A stretch of DNA of 64,000 nt from Squalus acanthias (taxonomy: Eukaryota). The stretch lies in the NCBI GenBank assembly GCA_030390025.1, contig CM059438.1, forward strand, positions 57,972,001 to 58,036,000, written 5' to 3'. A program made the position numbers and the translations under genes. Under the pieces are notes generated by a model, which made no database searches, was not told the DNA's origin, and saw nothing but the letters and a program-made list of their open reading frames with translations. Positions 1 to 12,477 of the stretch are shown piece by piece (the first letter of the stretch is position 1; every line of letters starts with the position of its first letter).

Positions 1-3
1 ATC

Positions 4-1362
4 ATGCAGAAACTACTCCAACCCGCTCGTCTTGACCTGGACCCAAATTCACCTACAACTGCTAAGGTATGGAAACACTGGTATCGTACCTTCAGCAACT
101 ACCTCAGGGCATGTGGTGAGAATGTTCCTGATAAGTTAGAGATACTTGCCAATTATGTATCCCCTTATGTGTTTGACTATATCGAAGACTGTGTAAACTA
201 TGACTCCGCTATCCGACTACCACAGCACCTATATGTTAAGGCCCCAGACAAAATTTTTGCTCAGCATCTACTGGCCACAACTCGACAACAACCCGGGGTA
301 TCACTTGACGAATTCCTTCAAAAGCTTCACAGGCTCAGCAAAGATTGTAATCTCAAGGCTGTCTCAGCTGAGCAGTACCAGGAGGAGTTAATTTGTGATT
401 CTTTTATTAATGGAATTGCGTCTCCCTTCATACGCCAGCGTCTGCTGGAGAATAAAACCCTCGAGTTACAAGCTGCCTATGACCAGGCATATTCTCTGGA
501 CTTGGCAAAAAAAAATGCAGATGCCTATCTTTTACCACGTGCACGGACTGCTGCTATCACTTTTAGTGACTCCTCCGATAAGCCTCAGGCGGAAGCCCTC
601 ACTGATGACGACTGTATCCTAGCTGATGACGACCCTACCCTAGCGGCATCTTGGCAATCTAAAAGGAAGTGTTTCTTCTGTGGAGGTGCATTTCATTATA
701 GGAAATTTTGTCCTGCTCGTAATGCAATCTGCAATCATTGCAGTAAGAAAGGCCACTTCTCGAAAGTATGTCAGTCAAGAGCCTCTTCTAGGGTTACAGC
801 TGCTCCCTATAAAACTGCTCCTCCTCCAAGAGCCACTACTAATGTTACAGCTGTCATCTGTAAAACTGCTCCTCCCCCAAGAGCCACTACTAATGTTACA
901 GCTGCCAAGGATAAAACTGCCCCTCCTCCCATCACAGCTGTTTTTCCCCAAAGCCTGTCCCATGCAGCCACGAAGGTTTCGGTAAATGGACACATTTTGA
1001 GTGTATTAATCGACTCATGCAGCTCTGACAGCTTCATCAGTGAGCAGGCTGTCAGTAAGTTAAAACTGCGTATTTACCCCTCGGACAGGGAAATTGAAAT
1101 GGCTCTGACAACACTGACCACTAACTCTTCCAGCTTTTGTCTTGTCGACCTTATTCTCAATGGCCGCACTTATTTCTCTACCCGGCTCGGGGTGCTCAAA
1201 AACCTATGCAGTGATGTGCTCCTGGGACAGGATTTCCAGAAACAACACAAAAGACTCACTTTCGAGTTTGGAGGATCAAAGCCGGAGCTTACTATTTCCA
1301 AAGTACCCGTATGTTGCACTTTGTGCGATCTAAAAATCTCCCATTTTCTATGGAAGACGTGA
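4..1362 (+). CDS. gag: Gag-protease polyprotein; genuine sequence ends at about 1312, remainder out of frame after the deletion
   Basis: 452-aa ORF; CFFCGGAFHYRKFC and CNHCSKKGHFSKVC; DS(C)S protease motif. Confidence 0.85.
   Translation: MQKLLQPARLDLDPNSPTTAKVWKHWYRTFSNYLRACGENVPDKLEILANYVSPYVFDYIEDCVNYDSAIRLPQHLYVKAPDKIFAQHLLATTRQQPGVSLDEFLQKLHRLSKDCNLKAVSAEQYQEELICDSFINGIASPFIRQRLLENKTLELQAAYDQAYSLDLAKKNADAYLLPRARTAAITFSDSSDKPQAEALTDDDCILADDDPTLAASWQSKRKCFFCGGAFHYRKFCPARNAICNHCSKKGHFSKVCQSRASSRVTAAPYKTAPPPRATTNVTAVICKTAPPPRATTNVTAAKDKTAPPPITAVFPQSLSHAATKVSVNGHILSVLIDSCSSDSFISEQAVSKLKLRIYPSDREIEMALTTLTTNSSSFCLVDLILNGRTYFSTRLGVLKNLCSDVLLGQDFQKQHKRLTFEFGGSKPELTISKVPVCCTLCDLKISHFLWKT
793..930 (+). 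repeat. 51-bp in-frame tandem repeat (about 2.7 copies) in the gag-protease linker
   Basis: VTAAPYKTAPPPRATTN / VTAVICKTAPPPRATTN / VTAAKDKTAPPP. Confidence 0.9.
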
Positions 1363-2142
1363 AAAGAACATGCTCCACTTGTAGAATTTGCGCAGAATTA
1401 AAACCACAATTCTTCCGTCCGTTGAATGGCTCGCTCATACATGCTACACAGCCTATGCAGCGACTCAGCATTGATTTTAAAGGGCCATTGCCTTCCTCAA
1501 CGTGAAAAATCTACTTGCTTACTATGGTGGACGAATATTCACGCTTTCCCTTGTCCCAATATGCTTACTTCCACAGTGATCAAATGCCTCGATCAGGTCT
1601 TTTCCCTTTGCGGTACGGCCAATTTCATCCACTCTGATCGGGGTCCCTCCTTCATGTCAAGCGAACTCAAAAGTTATCCTTCCCAACGGGGAATCGCCAC
1701 AAGTAAAACGACACCGTATCATCCTTTTGGAAACGGACAGGTTGAGAGATACAACGCTATCATTTGGAACGCTGTTCATCTTGCACTGAGGTCACGCAAT
1801 CTACCAGACCAGCAGTGGGAAACTATGCTCCCTGACGCGTTGCATTCTTTCAGGTCTCTTCTTTCTACATCCACCAATGTTACTCCTCACGAACGATTCT
1901 TCGGGTTCCAGCGTCACTCCACTCATGGGACGTCTCTACCATCATGGTTGGCAGCTCCTGGCTCCGTGCTGCTCCGAAGATTCGTCCGATCCTCCAAGAG
2001 TGATCCCCTCGTCGATGAGGTGGAACTAACGGATGTCAATCCTATATACGCGTACGTGCAGTACCCTGATGGCCGGGAGTCCACAGTTTCACTTTGGGAT
2101 CTGACTCCCTGCCCAACCGGTCCCACGGATCCAAATCGATAG
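1305..2142 (+). pseudogene. Disrupted retroviral-type integrase
   Basis: CSTCRIC zinc-finger half, SIDFKGP, HSDRGPSF, GNGQVERYN (D,D35E); stop and frameshift near 1503-1545. Confidence 0.9.
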
Positions 2143-2540
2143 AGAGATCCGTATTAACGACGCCGATACTCCGCGCTCCTCCGAGGATGACGCCCTACCC
2201 GGGACATCAAGGGATCTGCCAGCTACTCCGCTGGATCAACCCGGGGAACAGAGCGCTCCCCACGGGATGGCCACCCGAAGCCAGGACGCCGGTCAATCGC
2301 CGGCTACTGAGCAGGATGAAGCCAGCTCTGCGCCGGTGGGGACCCGCACCCGGAGCCACGATCTCCCCAGTCCCCCTCAGGTCGATCAAGGCGACACGGA
2401 CTCTGCCAGGGACCAAAACACGGTCCGAGGAGACGTGCCTTCCAGCCTCCAACGGAAATCCAAACGACTGCGTCTATTCTTAGTCTGGCTAATTCGGTAG
2501 AAGGAAGCCACCGGACTTCCAATCTTTCAGGCGGGAAGAA

Positions 2541-2772
2541 TGACATGAATCTTGTCATTCATGTATGAAGTAATACTGGGCGGCCTGCTGGTGGCGCTGT
2601 CCAGGGAGAGTATAAATACTCGGGCATGGGCCCAGCTTGCTTTGGACATTCCTCAACAGGAACTAGTGAAGGACACAACTAGATCTCCATTTTGAAAAAC
2701 AGTTGATTAAAGCTTTGTTTAACACTTAGACCTAGTACCCAGTAGTGTTCTTACGTCACCGCCTATCTTACA
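2541..2772 (+). repeat. 3' LTR of the Gypsy element
   Basis: Follows purine tract aggcgggaagaa; TG start, TATAAA at about 2611, ATTAAA at about 2707, ends CTTACA. Confidence 0.7.
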
Positions 2773-4120
2773 TTCATTGCTTCACCTCACCCTCACACAC
2801 TTAGCATTGCTTCCAGCCTCACACACATCTCAAAGCTTGCACACACTGCCAGCTATTCAACCATGACAGACACATCAACCAAACACATTGCACCACACTC
2901 ACTGACACACTTCCCTCTCTCTTGCAGAAGATGGTGCACATCCACAGGCAGCAGCAGCTAACTGGAGGGGGACAGGCGTGCCTGCATATCCTAACCCCGA
3001 TGGAGGAGACGGTGCTTGGCATTATTGGAGAGGCCATGACTGAGCCCGTGGCCAGCGGCAGGGTTGAAACCATTGAAGATGACGGTATCCTCATACATAA
3101 TCCTCCTTCTCGCATTCCACTTGCCATCATCCCACAATCTCTTCTGATTTACAAGCTGCAAATGGTGTAAGCATGCACCTCCTGCTTTCCCTCCCCCCCC
3201 CCCCCCCCGCCCCGCCACCCTGCCCGACCTCACCACAACCCTACCCTTGTGCCTTTCTTCTTTCAGACACCCAAGAACTCCAACCTGGCCAGGCTGTGGT
3301 GGAAGAGGAAGACGACACTGATGAAGAAGAAACACTGTCACTCGATCTAATACTCGCAGCCACCAGCTCAGATACTGGCACTGTGCGTACTTTAGCACAG
3401 AGGTGGGATTTACACGTGATGAGTCACTTGGCACGAGTGGGCTGCAGCCAGGGCAGGAGGAGAGGATAGCACAGGTGACAGCTCCCCAGAGGACGAGGTC
3501 GCACATGAGTTCTGCTGCACAGGACTCAGATGAGGACCTCAATGGGGTGGCCTACAGAAGAAGACTGATGGGTATGCACAATGAAATGCTTGGTGCATTG
3601 GCAGGCCTTCCAGAAAGCCTGAATGCAATGTCAAGGATAATGGAGGAGACCAGATCCAACCTTGCACAGGGCTTTGCGCAGAGCTTGGAGACCATCCTTT
3701 CCAGCGTGGAAGTGGTGGGCAGATCCATTTGCACACTTGTGGACCCAATCATGATGCAACATCTGATGACCGATGTCTCAGCTTCTATTGCAGCACAAGC
3801 AGAAGCCACCCAACGTGAGTGCTGCAGTAGAAGCTCAGACTGAAGTTATGCAAGCTCAGCTTGTTGCCACACAAGCACGAACTGTTGCCATCATGGCTGC
3901 GGTTACCAGTGTTGAAAGGGGCTTGCAGGGTGTCACAGCAGTCCAGCAATCTGTCCTCCAAAAGATTACTAGGATTGCTGAGGCATTGCTCCGGGGGAGT
4001 GGCAGTGGATCCGTGATGCACGAGCCTGCTGTCCTCTCTCAGGATGACAGCATTCCTGCTCCCACCACTGCCACTCCGCCAGTGCCCTTGCTGTTGCCTG
4101 TCAGACAACCAGCCCAGACC
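2773..4120 (+). mobile_element. Harbinger Myb/SANT gene remnant (exon 2 onward), host of the Gypsy insertion
   Basis: ttgcag|..LTGGG..LTPMEETVLGIIG..DG|gtat; homologous to 40040-41140. Confidence 0.75.
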
Positions 4121-4189
4121 ACATTTAAAAAGTCTTATTCAGCAGACTGTCTAGAAGGTTAAAGATAAGACATCTGCGAGGCCTTGAAA

Positions 4190-4444
4190 CATAGAAACAT
4201 AGAATCTAGGAGCAGGAGTAGGCCATTCGGCCCGTCGAGCCTGCTCCACCATTCAATACGATCATGGCTGATCATCCAAATCCAGTACCCTGTCCCTGCT
4301 TTAATCCCCACAGTACACATATCCCACCCTACCCCCGTAACCCCACGTATTTAATTCCCCCTAACATATCCCATCCTATCCCCATAACCCCACATATTTA
4401 ATCCCCCCCTAACACTAAGGGTCAATTTATCATAGCCAAATCAA
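4190..4444 (-). mobile_element. Truncated HE1-like SINE body joined to a CR1 3' end
   Basis: 4310-4447 matches the SINE at 25388-25465; 4190-4300 is a CR1 3' tail; flanked by direct repeat ccttgaaa. Confidence 0.7.
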
Positions 4445-4589
4445 CCTTGAAAGTCTGTGAGAAGCTGTAAACATCAGATGTTGTAGTATCAACTTGTTTT
4501 AAACCATGGGAAAGAGCATGTGGAAAAGTACCAACAGTGTTTTTGCTACCAAGAACGGTATAAAACCAGTTATTTTAGTAAGATCGAAG

Positions 4590-4850
4590 GGGCAGTCCGC
4601 GCGACCGACCAGGGGCAGTCCGCGAGACCGAAGAGAGACAGTCCACGAGACCGACCAGACGGTCCACAAGACCGACCAGGGACAGTCCACGAGACCGACC
4701 AGGGACAGTCCACGAGACCGACCAGGGACAGTCCACGAGACCGACCAGGGACAGTCCACGAGACCGACCAGGGACAGTCCACGAGACCGACCAGAGACAG
4801 TCCACGAGACCGACCAGAGACAGTCCACGAGACCAATCAGGGACAGACTA
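4590..4850. repeat. 23-bp minisatellite, about 11 copies
   Basis: Unit gacagtccacgagaccgaccagg, no spacers. Confidence 0.95.
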
Positions 4851-5267
4851 GAAGAACGCCACACAGGATGTCAATAGAGAATTGACCGCTCAGTCTTCCA
4901 AAACAGAAGAATTGGCCATTCTGAGTTTCAAGTTGTACTTCTAATTGAGGGTGCACAATCTCTATTTGTAAAACTTGTTGTATTTTAATGTTAAAACTGA
5001 TTAGTTAGAAAAGTTCAACGCCTGGTTGATCTTACCTCTGATTACCTTAAAAAGTAGTTAAAACAAAAACTTTACATTAGTCAACCTATATTCACAATGA
5101 TGTCAAAGGCGTCTGAAGAGAGACTTTCTAATCCCAGCGTAGAGACAGTAGGGTTGGATTACAGCAAGTGAAACACTCGCTGACTTTCAAACAAGCTAAA
5201 CTAATGCAATATTGTACAGTTAGTTAATCAACAAATAACCTGTGAGCTCCCTGCATAACTTGTTCTT

Positions 5268-5779
5268 ACATAGGATTACATAGGATATGTGGCACAGAAA
5301 CAGGCCATTTGGCCCAACTAGTCCATGCCGGTGTTTATGCTCCACTCGAGCTTCCTCCCGTCTTTCCTCATCTAAATCTATCAGCATAACCCTCTATTCC
5401 CTTCTCCCTCATATGTTTGTCCAGCCTCCCCTTAAATGCATCTATACTATTCACTTCAACCACTCCCTATGGTAGCGAATTCCACATTCTCACCACTCTT
5501 TGGGTAAAAGTTTCTTCTGAATTCCCTATTGGATTTCTTGGTGACTATCTTATATTGAAGGCCTCTAGTTATGCTCTTCCCCACAAGTGGAAACATTATC
5601 TCTGTATCCACTCTATCAAAACCTTTCATAATTTTAAAGACCTCTATTAGGTCACCCCTCAGCCTTCTTTTTTCAAGAGAAAAGAGACCCAGCCTGTTCA
5701 TCCTTTCCTGATATGTATACCCTCGCATTTCTGGTATCATCCATGTAAATCTTCTCTGCACCCTCTCCAGTGCCTCTAT
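5268..5779 (-). mobile_element. CR1 LINE 3' fragment
   Basis: QRRFT..LGLFSLEKRRLRGDLIEVFKIMKG and short tandem tail. Confidence 0.9.
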
Positions 5780-5996
5780 GCAGGGAGTTCACTTAATGAA
5801 GGATGGGTAATCTGCAGCAGCAGCAACTCTGAAAGGGCTGCTTGTTTTTTGGCAATGTAAGATTTTTGTATTGACATAATGAGACAAAGAAAATGACGAA
5901 ATAGAACAGCATCTTTTGAAAATACTGCCCTTGAGGTGCTGCTAGATCAGTACAGTAAGGAACAAGTTGCCCCTATTTAAGGCTGAGAGGCACCCT

Positions 5997-6012
5997 TCAC
6001 TGTATACAAAGC
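5997..6012 (-). CDS. Candidate terminal coding exon of the membrane-protein gene ((L)LCIQ*)
   Basis: Strong acceptor cttttcattacttcctttcag; phase 2 fits the TM exon; very short, so weakly supported. Confidence 0.3.
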
Positions 6013-6329
6013 CTGAAAGGAAGTAATGAAAAGACTGAACACCATTTTCCATAGCCACAGATTGTGAGTGCAAACGTGTAATGAGTTTGTCGGCCTGAGG
6101 AGGATTGCAAAGCAACAGTACTCAGCATTTGCCTATATAAAGTATATGGCCATTATACACATGGCACAAAGAGTTCACTCTCAAACTGGTATAGTTTCAC
6201 TGAGGCATCATACAACCTATTCAGACTACCTTTTAGTTATTACACATATGCATATATTGCTGGAGGGCAAACTTTATAGTTGGCATTGAAATAACTATTG
6301 GTACACACAAATTTTGTTTTGTTTTGAGA

Positions 6330-7045
6330 GAGCTCGAAGCACACAGAGTGAACTGCTGAACGGGCTGAATTGCAAAACAGAATTTGGTGAGTGAGAATTA
6401 GGTACGGGGGAAGGGGGTGCCAAGTTATTTAAACCAAGCGACAACAGTAAATAAGTAAATATATTAATAATCAGAGTAATTAATTAAATCTATGGGGACA
6501 AAATTAACTAAGTAGAGGATACCAACATTAAAGAGATTCGAATTGCATTAAAAAAATCTGGTATACATAAATAATAAATAAAGTTAAGGGGATACTAAAC
6601 TAACGCATATACATATAACAGAAGTTGATAGACTTTTAAGTAACTGATGGGACAGCTGAGACCCCTTTGCCTGCAATTCCTGTGCCATGTGCAAACTCCA
6701 GGACATTTCATGTGTTCTGGAGAATCACATGTGCGGGAAGTGCCTCCGGCTGCTCGAGCTCGAGCTCAGGGTTTCTGAGCTTGAGGAGCAGCTCGAGATA
6801 CTGCAGTGCCAACGGGAGGTTGAGAATTTCCTGGATCGCACGTTCCAGGAGGTGGTCACCCCGCAGCCACAGAGAGTTCAGGAGAATAGTAAGTGGGTGG
6901 CCATCCAGCAAGGTTAGAAGAAAAGGCAGTCAGGGGAAAGGGCAGGGGAATGGGACTAATTGGATAGCTCTTTCGAAGAGCCGGCACAGGCACGATGGGT
7001 CAATAGCCTCCTTTTGTGCTGTATCATTCTATGCTTCTATGATTT
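6330..7045 (+). mobile_element. Internally deleted CR1: 5' UTR and ORF1 N-terminus joined to a 3' tail
   Basis: CGKCLRLLELELRVSELEEQL resembles the ORF1 N-terminus at 21310; CR1 tail at about 6930-7045. Confidence 0.75.
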
Positions 7046-7080
7046 TGGAAGGTGTGCTCATAAAGTACATTTCCAAGAAA

Positions 7081-7502
7081 AGAAAAAAAGACTTGCATTT
7101 CTATAGCGCCGTTCATGACTTCAGGCCATCCCAAAGCACTTTACAGCCAATGAAGTACTTTTGAAATGTAGTCACTGTTGTAATGTAGGAAATGTGGCAG
7201 CCAATTTGTGCACGGCAAGATCCCACGAACAGCAATGTGATAATGACCAGATAATCTGTTTAACTGTTGGTTGAGGGATAAATATTGGCAGGACACCGGA
7301 AGAATACACCTGCTCTTCTACGAATAGAGCCGTGGAATCATTTACGTCCGAGAGGGCAGACAGGGCAACCGTTTAATATCTCATATGAAAGATGGCAGTA
7401 CAGCACTCCCTCAGTACTGCACTGAAATGTCAGCCTGGATTATGTGCTCCAGTCTCTTGAGTGGAACTTGAACCCACAACCTTCTGACTCAGAGGCGAGA
7501 GA
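7081..7502 (-). mobile_element. tRNA-derived Deu-domain SINE (SacSINE1-like)
   Basis: B-box GGTTCAAGT on minus strand, Deu-like core, tail aaatgcaagtc; related copies at 11025 and 35615. Confidence 0.75.
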
Positions 7503-7539
7503 AGAAATCATCCTTTTTTTTTAAAGACTGGGCCCCTGA

Positions 7540-8880
7540 AGTCTTCATTACTGTCCTCCGCAGCAGAGCTTGTACGTGAGCATGCCTTCCGATGAGCAGT
7601 TTTCTGGGCCATTCTTTCCAACTGGACTTGCTCTTGCTCACTTGTGTTCAATATTCGGTCAGTGAAGATCCTTCTAATTCATTGTCTACAGCACAAGGAG
7701 TGCCAATTTCTGAGCTAGTGGTTGCAAGGATAAGAATGAGTAACTATGCATCTTCTCGAGGGTTCCTATTCCTCAGCCTCTTCTGGAGCTTAGAAAGAGA
7801 CTTCTGATTGACCTGGAAAGAGGGGAAAGGGCAAGCGTTAAAATGCAATGTTGAGGGTAAGCGATAGCAGATGAGTGGCAGCTCTATGAACCATCAGGTT
7901 GTCATGCAGAGTGTGTGGTGGAGAAAGTTCTGTTTAAGGAGAGAAGGAAGGGAATATACCCAAATGTCATGCCGAGCATATCCTCCAGCCTCGCCATATG
8001 TAATGCTGCATGCCCTCCCTCTGCCAATGCTGCCTCCACCATTGGTGTTAGAACTTGTATTGATGGTCTCCCTCTTCCTGATCTTGTAATCTTCTTCCTG
8101 TTGTGTGTCTGGTTGTTGAGAGTGGAAGTGGGTTAGTGTGTTCGCTGTTGAAGGATTGTGAAGATGTGTGAGGCAGCTTAGCATAGTGTGCATGCTGAGA
8201 GGAAGAGGCAACAGGTGTGAGGGAAAGCAGTTGCGAGGAGAGTAGCAGGTCCCGAGTGTGCAAGTGCAAGCTGAAGGAGATTAGTGAAGTGTCCTGTTAT
8301 GGTTGCAGGAAAGGTACGGTAAGCAGGGGAGGGAAGGATTAGTAGTACTAGGGATAAAGTAGAGTGGTGCAGGGCTGTGCAGAGATTGAGAGAGATGTGA
8401 ATGGAAGTCTTACCTTAGTAGCTCTGGTGAGATAATTAAATTCTTCCTATAATGCTGCCAGGTCCTTGGAGCAATACTTGTGGCATTGACATGGTTATCC
8501 ACCTCTCTACTGCTGCTGGGCACCCGGTATCCATCAATGGGGAAGAGGACCTCCTTTCTGCTGCTGACTTGCTCTACAAGCATCTCCATGGCACCATCCA
8601 CAAACCTAGGGGCCTTGGCTGCAGTCATCTTCTTGGTAAACCGTGAAAAAAGTGTTTCATTGTCCACCATACAAAAGTGTACCACCCCTTAAGAGGTGCA
8701 AGCTGACTTTAAATAGTGAAAGTCCTGGTGGACTTCCTGCCATCCCATTGGGTGAGCTGCCTATAGGGAATGCGATCAGCGCGGGCAGCTCGCCCTGAAT
8801 ATTAAAATATTGGGCAGTCGTAGCGAATGTCATGCCTACTGGATGCTCGATTTATGTGAAATTCAAAAAATCACCCCCAC
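7540..8880 (-). mobile_element. Harbinger Myb/SANT gene remnant
   Basis: KAPRFVDGAMEMLVEQV..RKEVLFP..RTWQHYRK then AAG|gtaag donor. Confidence 0.75.
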
Positions 8881-9256
8881 AATATCTTGACATATAAGCT
8901 CTGCTTGAAGGGGTGTCTTGCTGTCTACATTCATATATATATATATATATATACTCTTCTGTGCCTATCGATCGCCGCCTCCCTCCCAATCACCCCCCCT
9001 CCCCCCACACGTTTCTCCTCCCTCCCGATCGTCTCCCCCACTCCCAAAATCTACAATCTACTCTACAAAAATTAGGCAGTGAGTTTTAAAAGGGAACACT
9101 GTGTGAAGTGCTGAGCATGGGAGGAGAAGCATTGGACCATAGGATTAGGAGTAGACCTTTCAGCCCCTCAAGCCCGTTCCGCCATTCAATCAGATTATGG
9201 CTGATCTGTAGCTCAACTCCATTTATCTGCCTTTGATCCATATCCCTGGATACCCT

Positions 9257-10862
9257 GGGGGGAGAAATTCATGTGGTTTGCGCCACACGTTAGCACCACA
9301 AGATGCCGCTTAAACGCCGTTGACAGCTCTACTGACAAATGATGCCGGTTCCAGCGCCGTACGCCATTTCGGTGTTGCTGGTAGCGCTGCCGCTAAACTC
9401 AATCGCCGGGCACCTCGCCATCACAGAGATTGTGACGTCAGTGAGTGTGTAACTTCGTTATAGCCACTTACCTTAACAGCAGCGCAGAACAACGACAGAG
9501 GAAGCTGTCGTCTACCAGCAGGAGGCAGGCTGCAGTAGTGATATTTAAAGGCACCATCCCCAATCAGCTGCACCTAACATGGTTCTGCAGTTTCAGTGGC
9601 TGTTTGCTACTTCCTGCAACTGAAACAGCTTTCTTTAGTTATTTCAAGTTTTTTGGTGACAGTGAGTGTTGATTCAAGTGCAGAAGTCACTCATTATTTG
9701 TTAAAGGCTTCTGCTCACAACACTTCCTCACAGTCATGGGGCCTGCGGGATTACCTCAGGTGGACAATGAGGCAGAGGAGAATGAGGAGAAGGACGGTGA
9801 GGCAGAGGAGAATGAGGACGAGGAAGAGGACGAGAAACAGGAGAGAAGGGCGGAGGAAGCGAGACAATCAGCCTTCTGGACGGGTTGTCCGTGACCGGCT
9901 TATCAGACTCCGATTCGCATGAATGAAACCCCAGATCCCCGTAGCTCACCACATCCCCATCATATAACCTGTCTCACGCCATATCACAGCGTCTCCCTGG
10001 GCGCAAAGCTGAAATGACAGACCACAAAATATTCCAAACACAATTAATACATTTATCGATAAACATATCACATGAATTCTAATAACTAATGACCCTTGTG
10101 CCTGCCATAGTTGAATAGCTGTCATTGTGTGCAAAGTGTGAGATGTGGTTGTGAGTGTTGCTAGGTAGAGATTGTTGGTGGGTGAGTGCTGGGGGTGTGG
10201 TGCATTGAGCATTGCGTGAAGCTTGTGGTACAGATGTTAGTATGTAGCATTTGGTGAAGCCTTCACTCACTCTGACCACCCGTGTGAGCTTGTTAAACTT
10301 CTTCCTGCACTGTGTGTGAGTCCTGAGGACCACAGTGCTGCCCGTGACGAGGTATGCCACCTCCCTCCACATCGTCCAGCAGATTTGTAGCGAGGGCCTC
10401 CTGTCAGTTGGCGGGTACAGGACCGCCCACCTTCTCTCCATCGCTAAAATCAATGCCTCCAAAGCTTCATCAGAAAACCTCCGGGCTCTCTCCATAGGGC
10501 AGCGGTCTGCCATCAGGATTTGTAAATAAGTGCTCCTTTCCTTGTCCTTCTTCTTATGCTTGTTGAGGCAGCTGCACACCCAACAATGCTGAGGTGCTGC
10601 AGCATCAATGAACCTCCCCTTTAAGTAGTGAAAAAAGCCTGTGGCAATCATTACTTGCGTTTAGACTGCCCCCGATATTGGTCCATCTTTTCAGTGTAAC
10701 GCCAATGAGCTTGGGTTTTTAGACAAGAATCATGACTGCAATCATTTTAATGAGGAGTGAGGACAAATTTGGCGTGCAGCCTAGACGATTTTCAACTGGC
10801 GCTACTTAACCATTTTTAGTTGAAACACTGCCCATTTCTTGACTATAATGAATTTCTAGCCC
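9257..10862. mobile_element. Non-autonomous Harbinger with transposase C-terminal remnant (+) and Myb/SANT exon 1 (-)
   Basis: TIRs ggggagaaattcat / atgaatttctagccc; GRVVRDRLIRLRF; RARRFSDEALEAL..QCRKKFNKLTR. Confidence 0.85.
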
Positions 10863-10870
10863 AAGGAGAT

Positions 10871-11013
10871 CAACATTCCCGCTAAGCTACACAGCTGAGG
10901 TCCCACGCAGGCCATTCACTGGCTTTTACATGGAAGAAACCGCGTGAACATTTGAATGGGCTGTGCAGCCAGTTAAAGGGATCGCGCACAAAAACAAAAT
11001 TATAGGGAACATT
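10871..11013. mobile_element. hAT (Tip100-like) MITE
   Basis: Ends caacattccc / gggaacattg; relatives at about 56758 and 60096-60257. Confidence 0.6.
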
Positions 11014-11024
11014 GATGGGTACCT

Positions 11025-11275
11025 AACCTCAGGACGTCCCAAAGTGCTTCACAGCCAATAAAGTACTTTTCAAGTGCAGTTACTCTTGTAATATAGGGAA
11101 ATGTGGCCGTAAGGTGTCACAAACAGCAATGAAATGAAACACCAGATAATCTGCTTTAGTAATGCTGTTTGAAGGATAAATGATAACCAGGACACCAGGA
11201 GAACTCCCCTGCTCTTCTTCAAAAAGTGCCATGGGATCTTTTATTTCCATCTGAGAGGACAGACAGGGTTTCAGT
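11025..11275 (-). mobile_element. Deu-domain SINE fragment
   Basis: Similar to 7120-7370. Confidence 0.75.
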
Positions 11276-11959
11276 TACACCTTGACTGTGGCCGCATGCA
11301 CAGCATTCAAACACCTTACAGGTCTTTCATAGCTTCATATGCATTCCCATTCAGATCTCATGGGCCCTCCACATAAGAGAAGGCTGCTGTCTGAGCATGG
11401 ACATTGTCTGCAGTCATTTGGCACTGTCTAAAAGAACCTGCAAGAACTGGCAGCAACTTTGAAGAAATCTACTATCCACATACAGTCATGTATTACTGCT
11501 AATCAGAACTGCAGTCCACTGTGCATCTTGTGACAATTACAGGGGTTTCTGCAACAGAACTCCGCTCACATTGCTGCTTTGGAGGCCTTGGGCTCCAATT
11601 TTCTTGACATGCCTTAAGATACTAGATGATTGAATTGAAGAGCCACTACACAAAGTTTCACAAACCTCACTGTTACCCAGATATCTGCTCTCATGTAGAT
11701 CAGGGACATGGTAATGGAGTGCCCAGCAGCAGGTACATGGCTGGAGTAGCTACAGATGACGTTGCAGTGAAGCCCATCCAACCTTCCACAAGCCCTTGGT
11801 TGAATAGCAAAAAATGTCCCAGAAAGTGGGCAGGATCAGCCAGCCATTGCATTTGCAGATGTTGTGGAAGCATTGCAGGGTCCTACCAAAAGCCAAGCCA
11901 ACTGAAATCCAAGAGATCTCAATTACTCCAGGCAGCTAGCCACTTCGCCAACTCCTCCC

Positions 11960-12098
11960 ACTGGGGAAGCACCTAGGAGTATTTGGATAGGTTTAAGAAG
12001 ACACATATCATATACTGTCACTGTGGGGAAGCACCTAGGAGTATTTGGATAGGTTTAAGAAGACACATATCATATACTGTCACTGTGGGGAAGCACCA
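11960..12098. repeat. 62-bp tandem duplication, about 2.2 copies
   Basis: ggggaagcacc recurs at 11963, 12025 and 12087. Confidence 0.9.
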
Positions 12099-12477
12099 GG
12101 TAAAACATCCTAGGTATTTACATTCATGAGTTCTAGGGCATTAAGTTTGCACTTTATTTCAAATTTGTCCTGAGAGATTTCATTTGCTGGTGTAGAACAA
12201 GCTAGCAGCAGGTCCTGCAGGAGTTTTCATCCATTAATGTTAATGGACAGAAAGTCCTGTGCAGCCCACAAACCTCCATGCCCAAATTTCCAATTTGTGC
12301 TCCCAATAGGTGAAGCTGCTTGGAACACAAATTCATAAAATTTACCTCGATAGTTTTCTGCAATTGTCAGTTGCTAAACTAGACTTCAACTTTATGGTAT
12401 ATAAAGGGTGCCAATGAAGAATATGAATTCTATAACTCATTCAATCTACTATTTCTGCATCTCAACAAGGTACTTAC

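Larger units (their letters stand above)
1..2772 (+). mobile_element. Gypsy/Ty3 LTR retrotransposon (gag-protease-integrase, RT/RNase H deleted); 5' LTR outside window
   Basis: Gag with Cys/His knuckles, aspartic protease motif LIDSCSSDSFIS, integrase motifs, purine tract then TG..CA LTR. Confidence 0.9.
4121..5076 (+). mobile_element. LTR-like fragment containing a 23-bp minisatellite
   Basis: TATAAAA at about 4559, ends TTTACA; interrupted at 4190-4444; family not recognised. Confidence 0.35.

Noticed and set aside
4499..4885. Overlapping repetitive ORFs and CRISPR-like periodicity
   Set aside because: Head-to-tail 23-bp minisatellite with no unique spacers; ORFs arise from a stop-free unit; eukaryotic context
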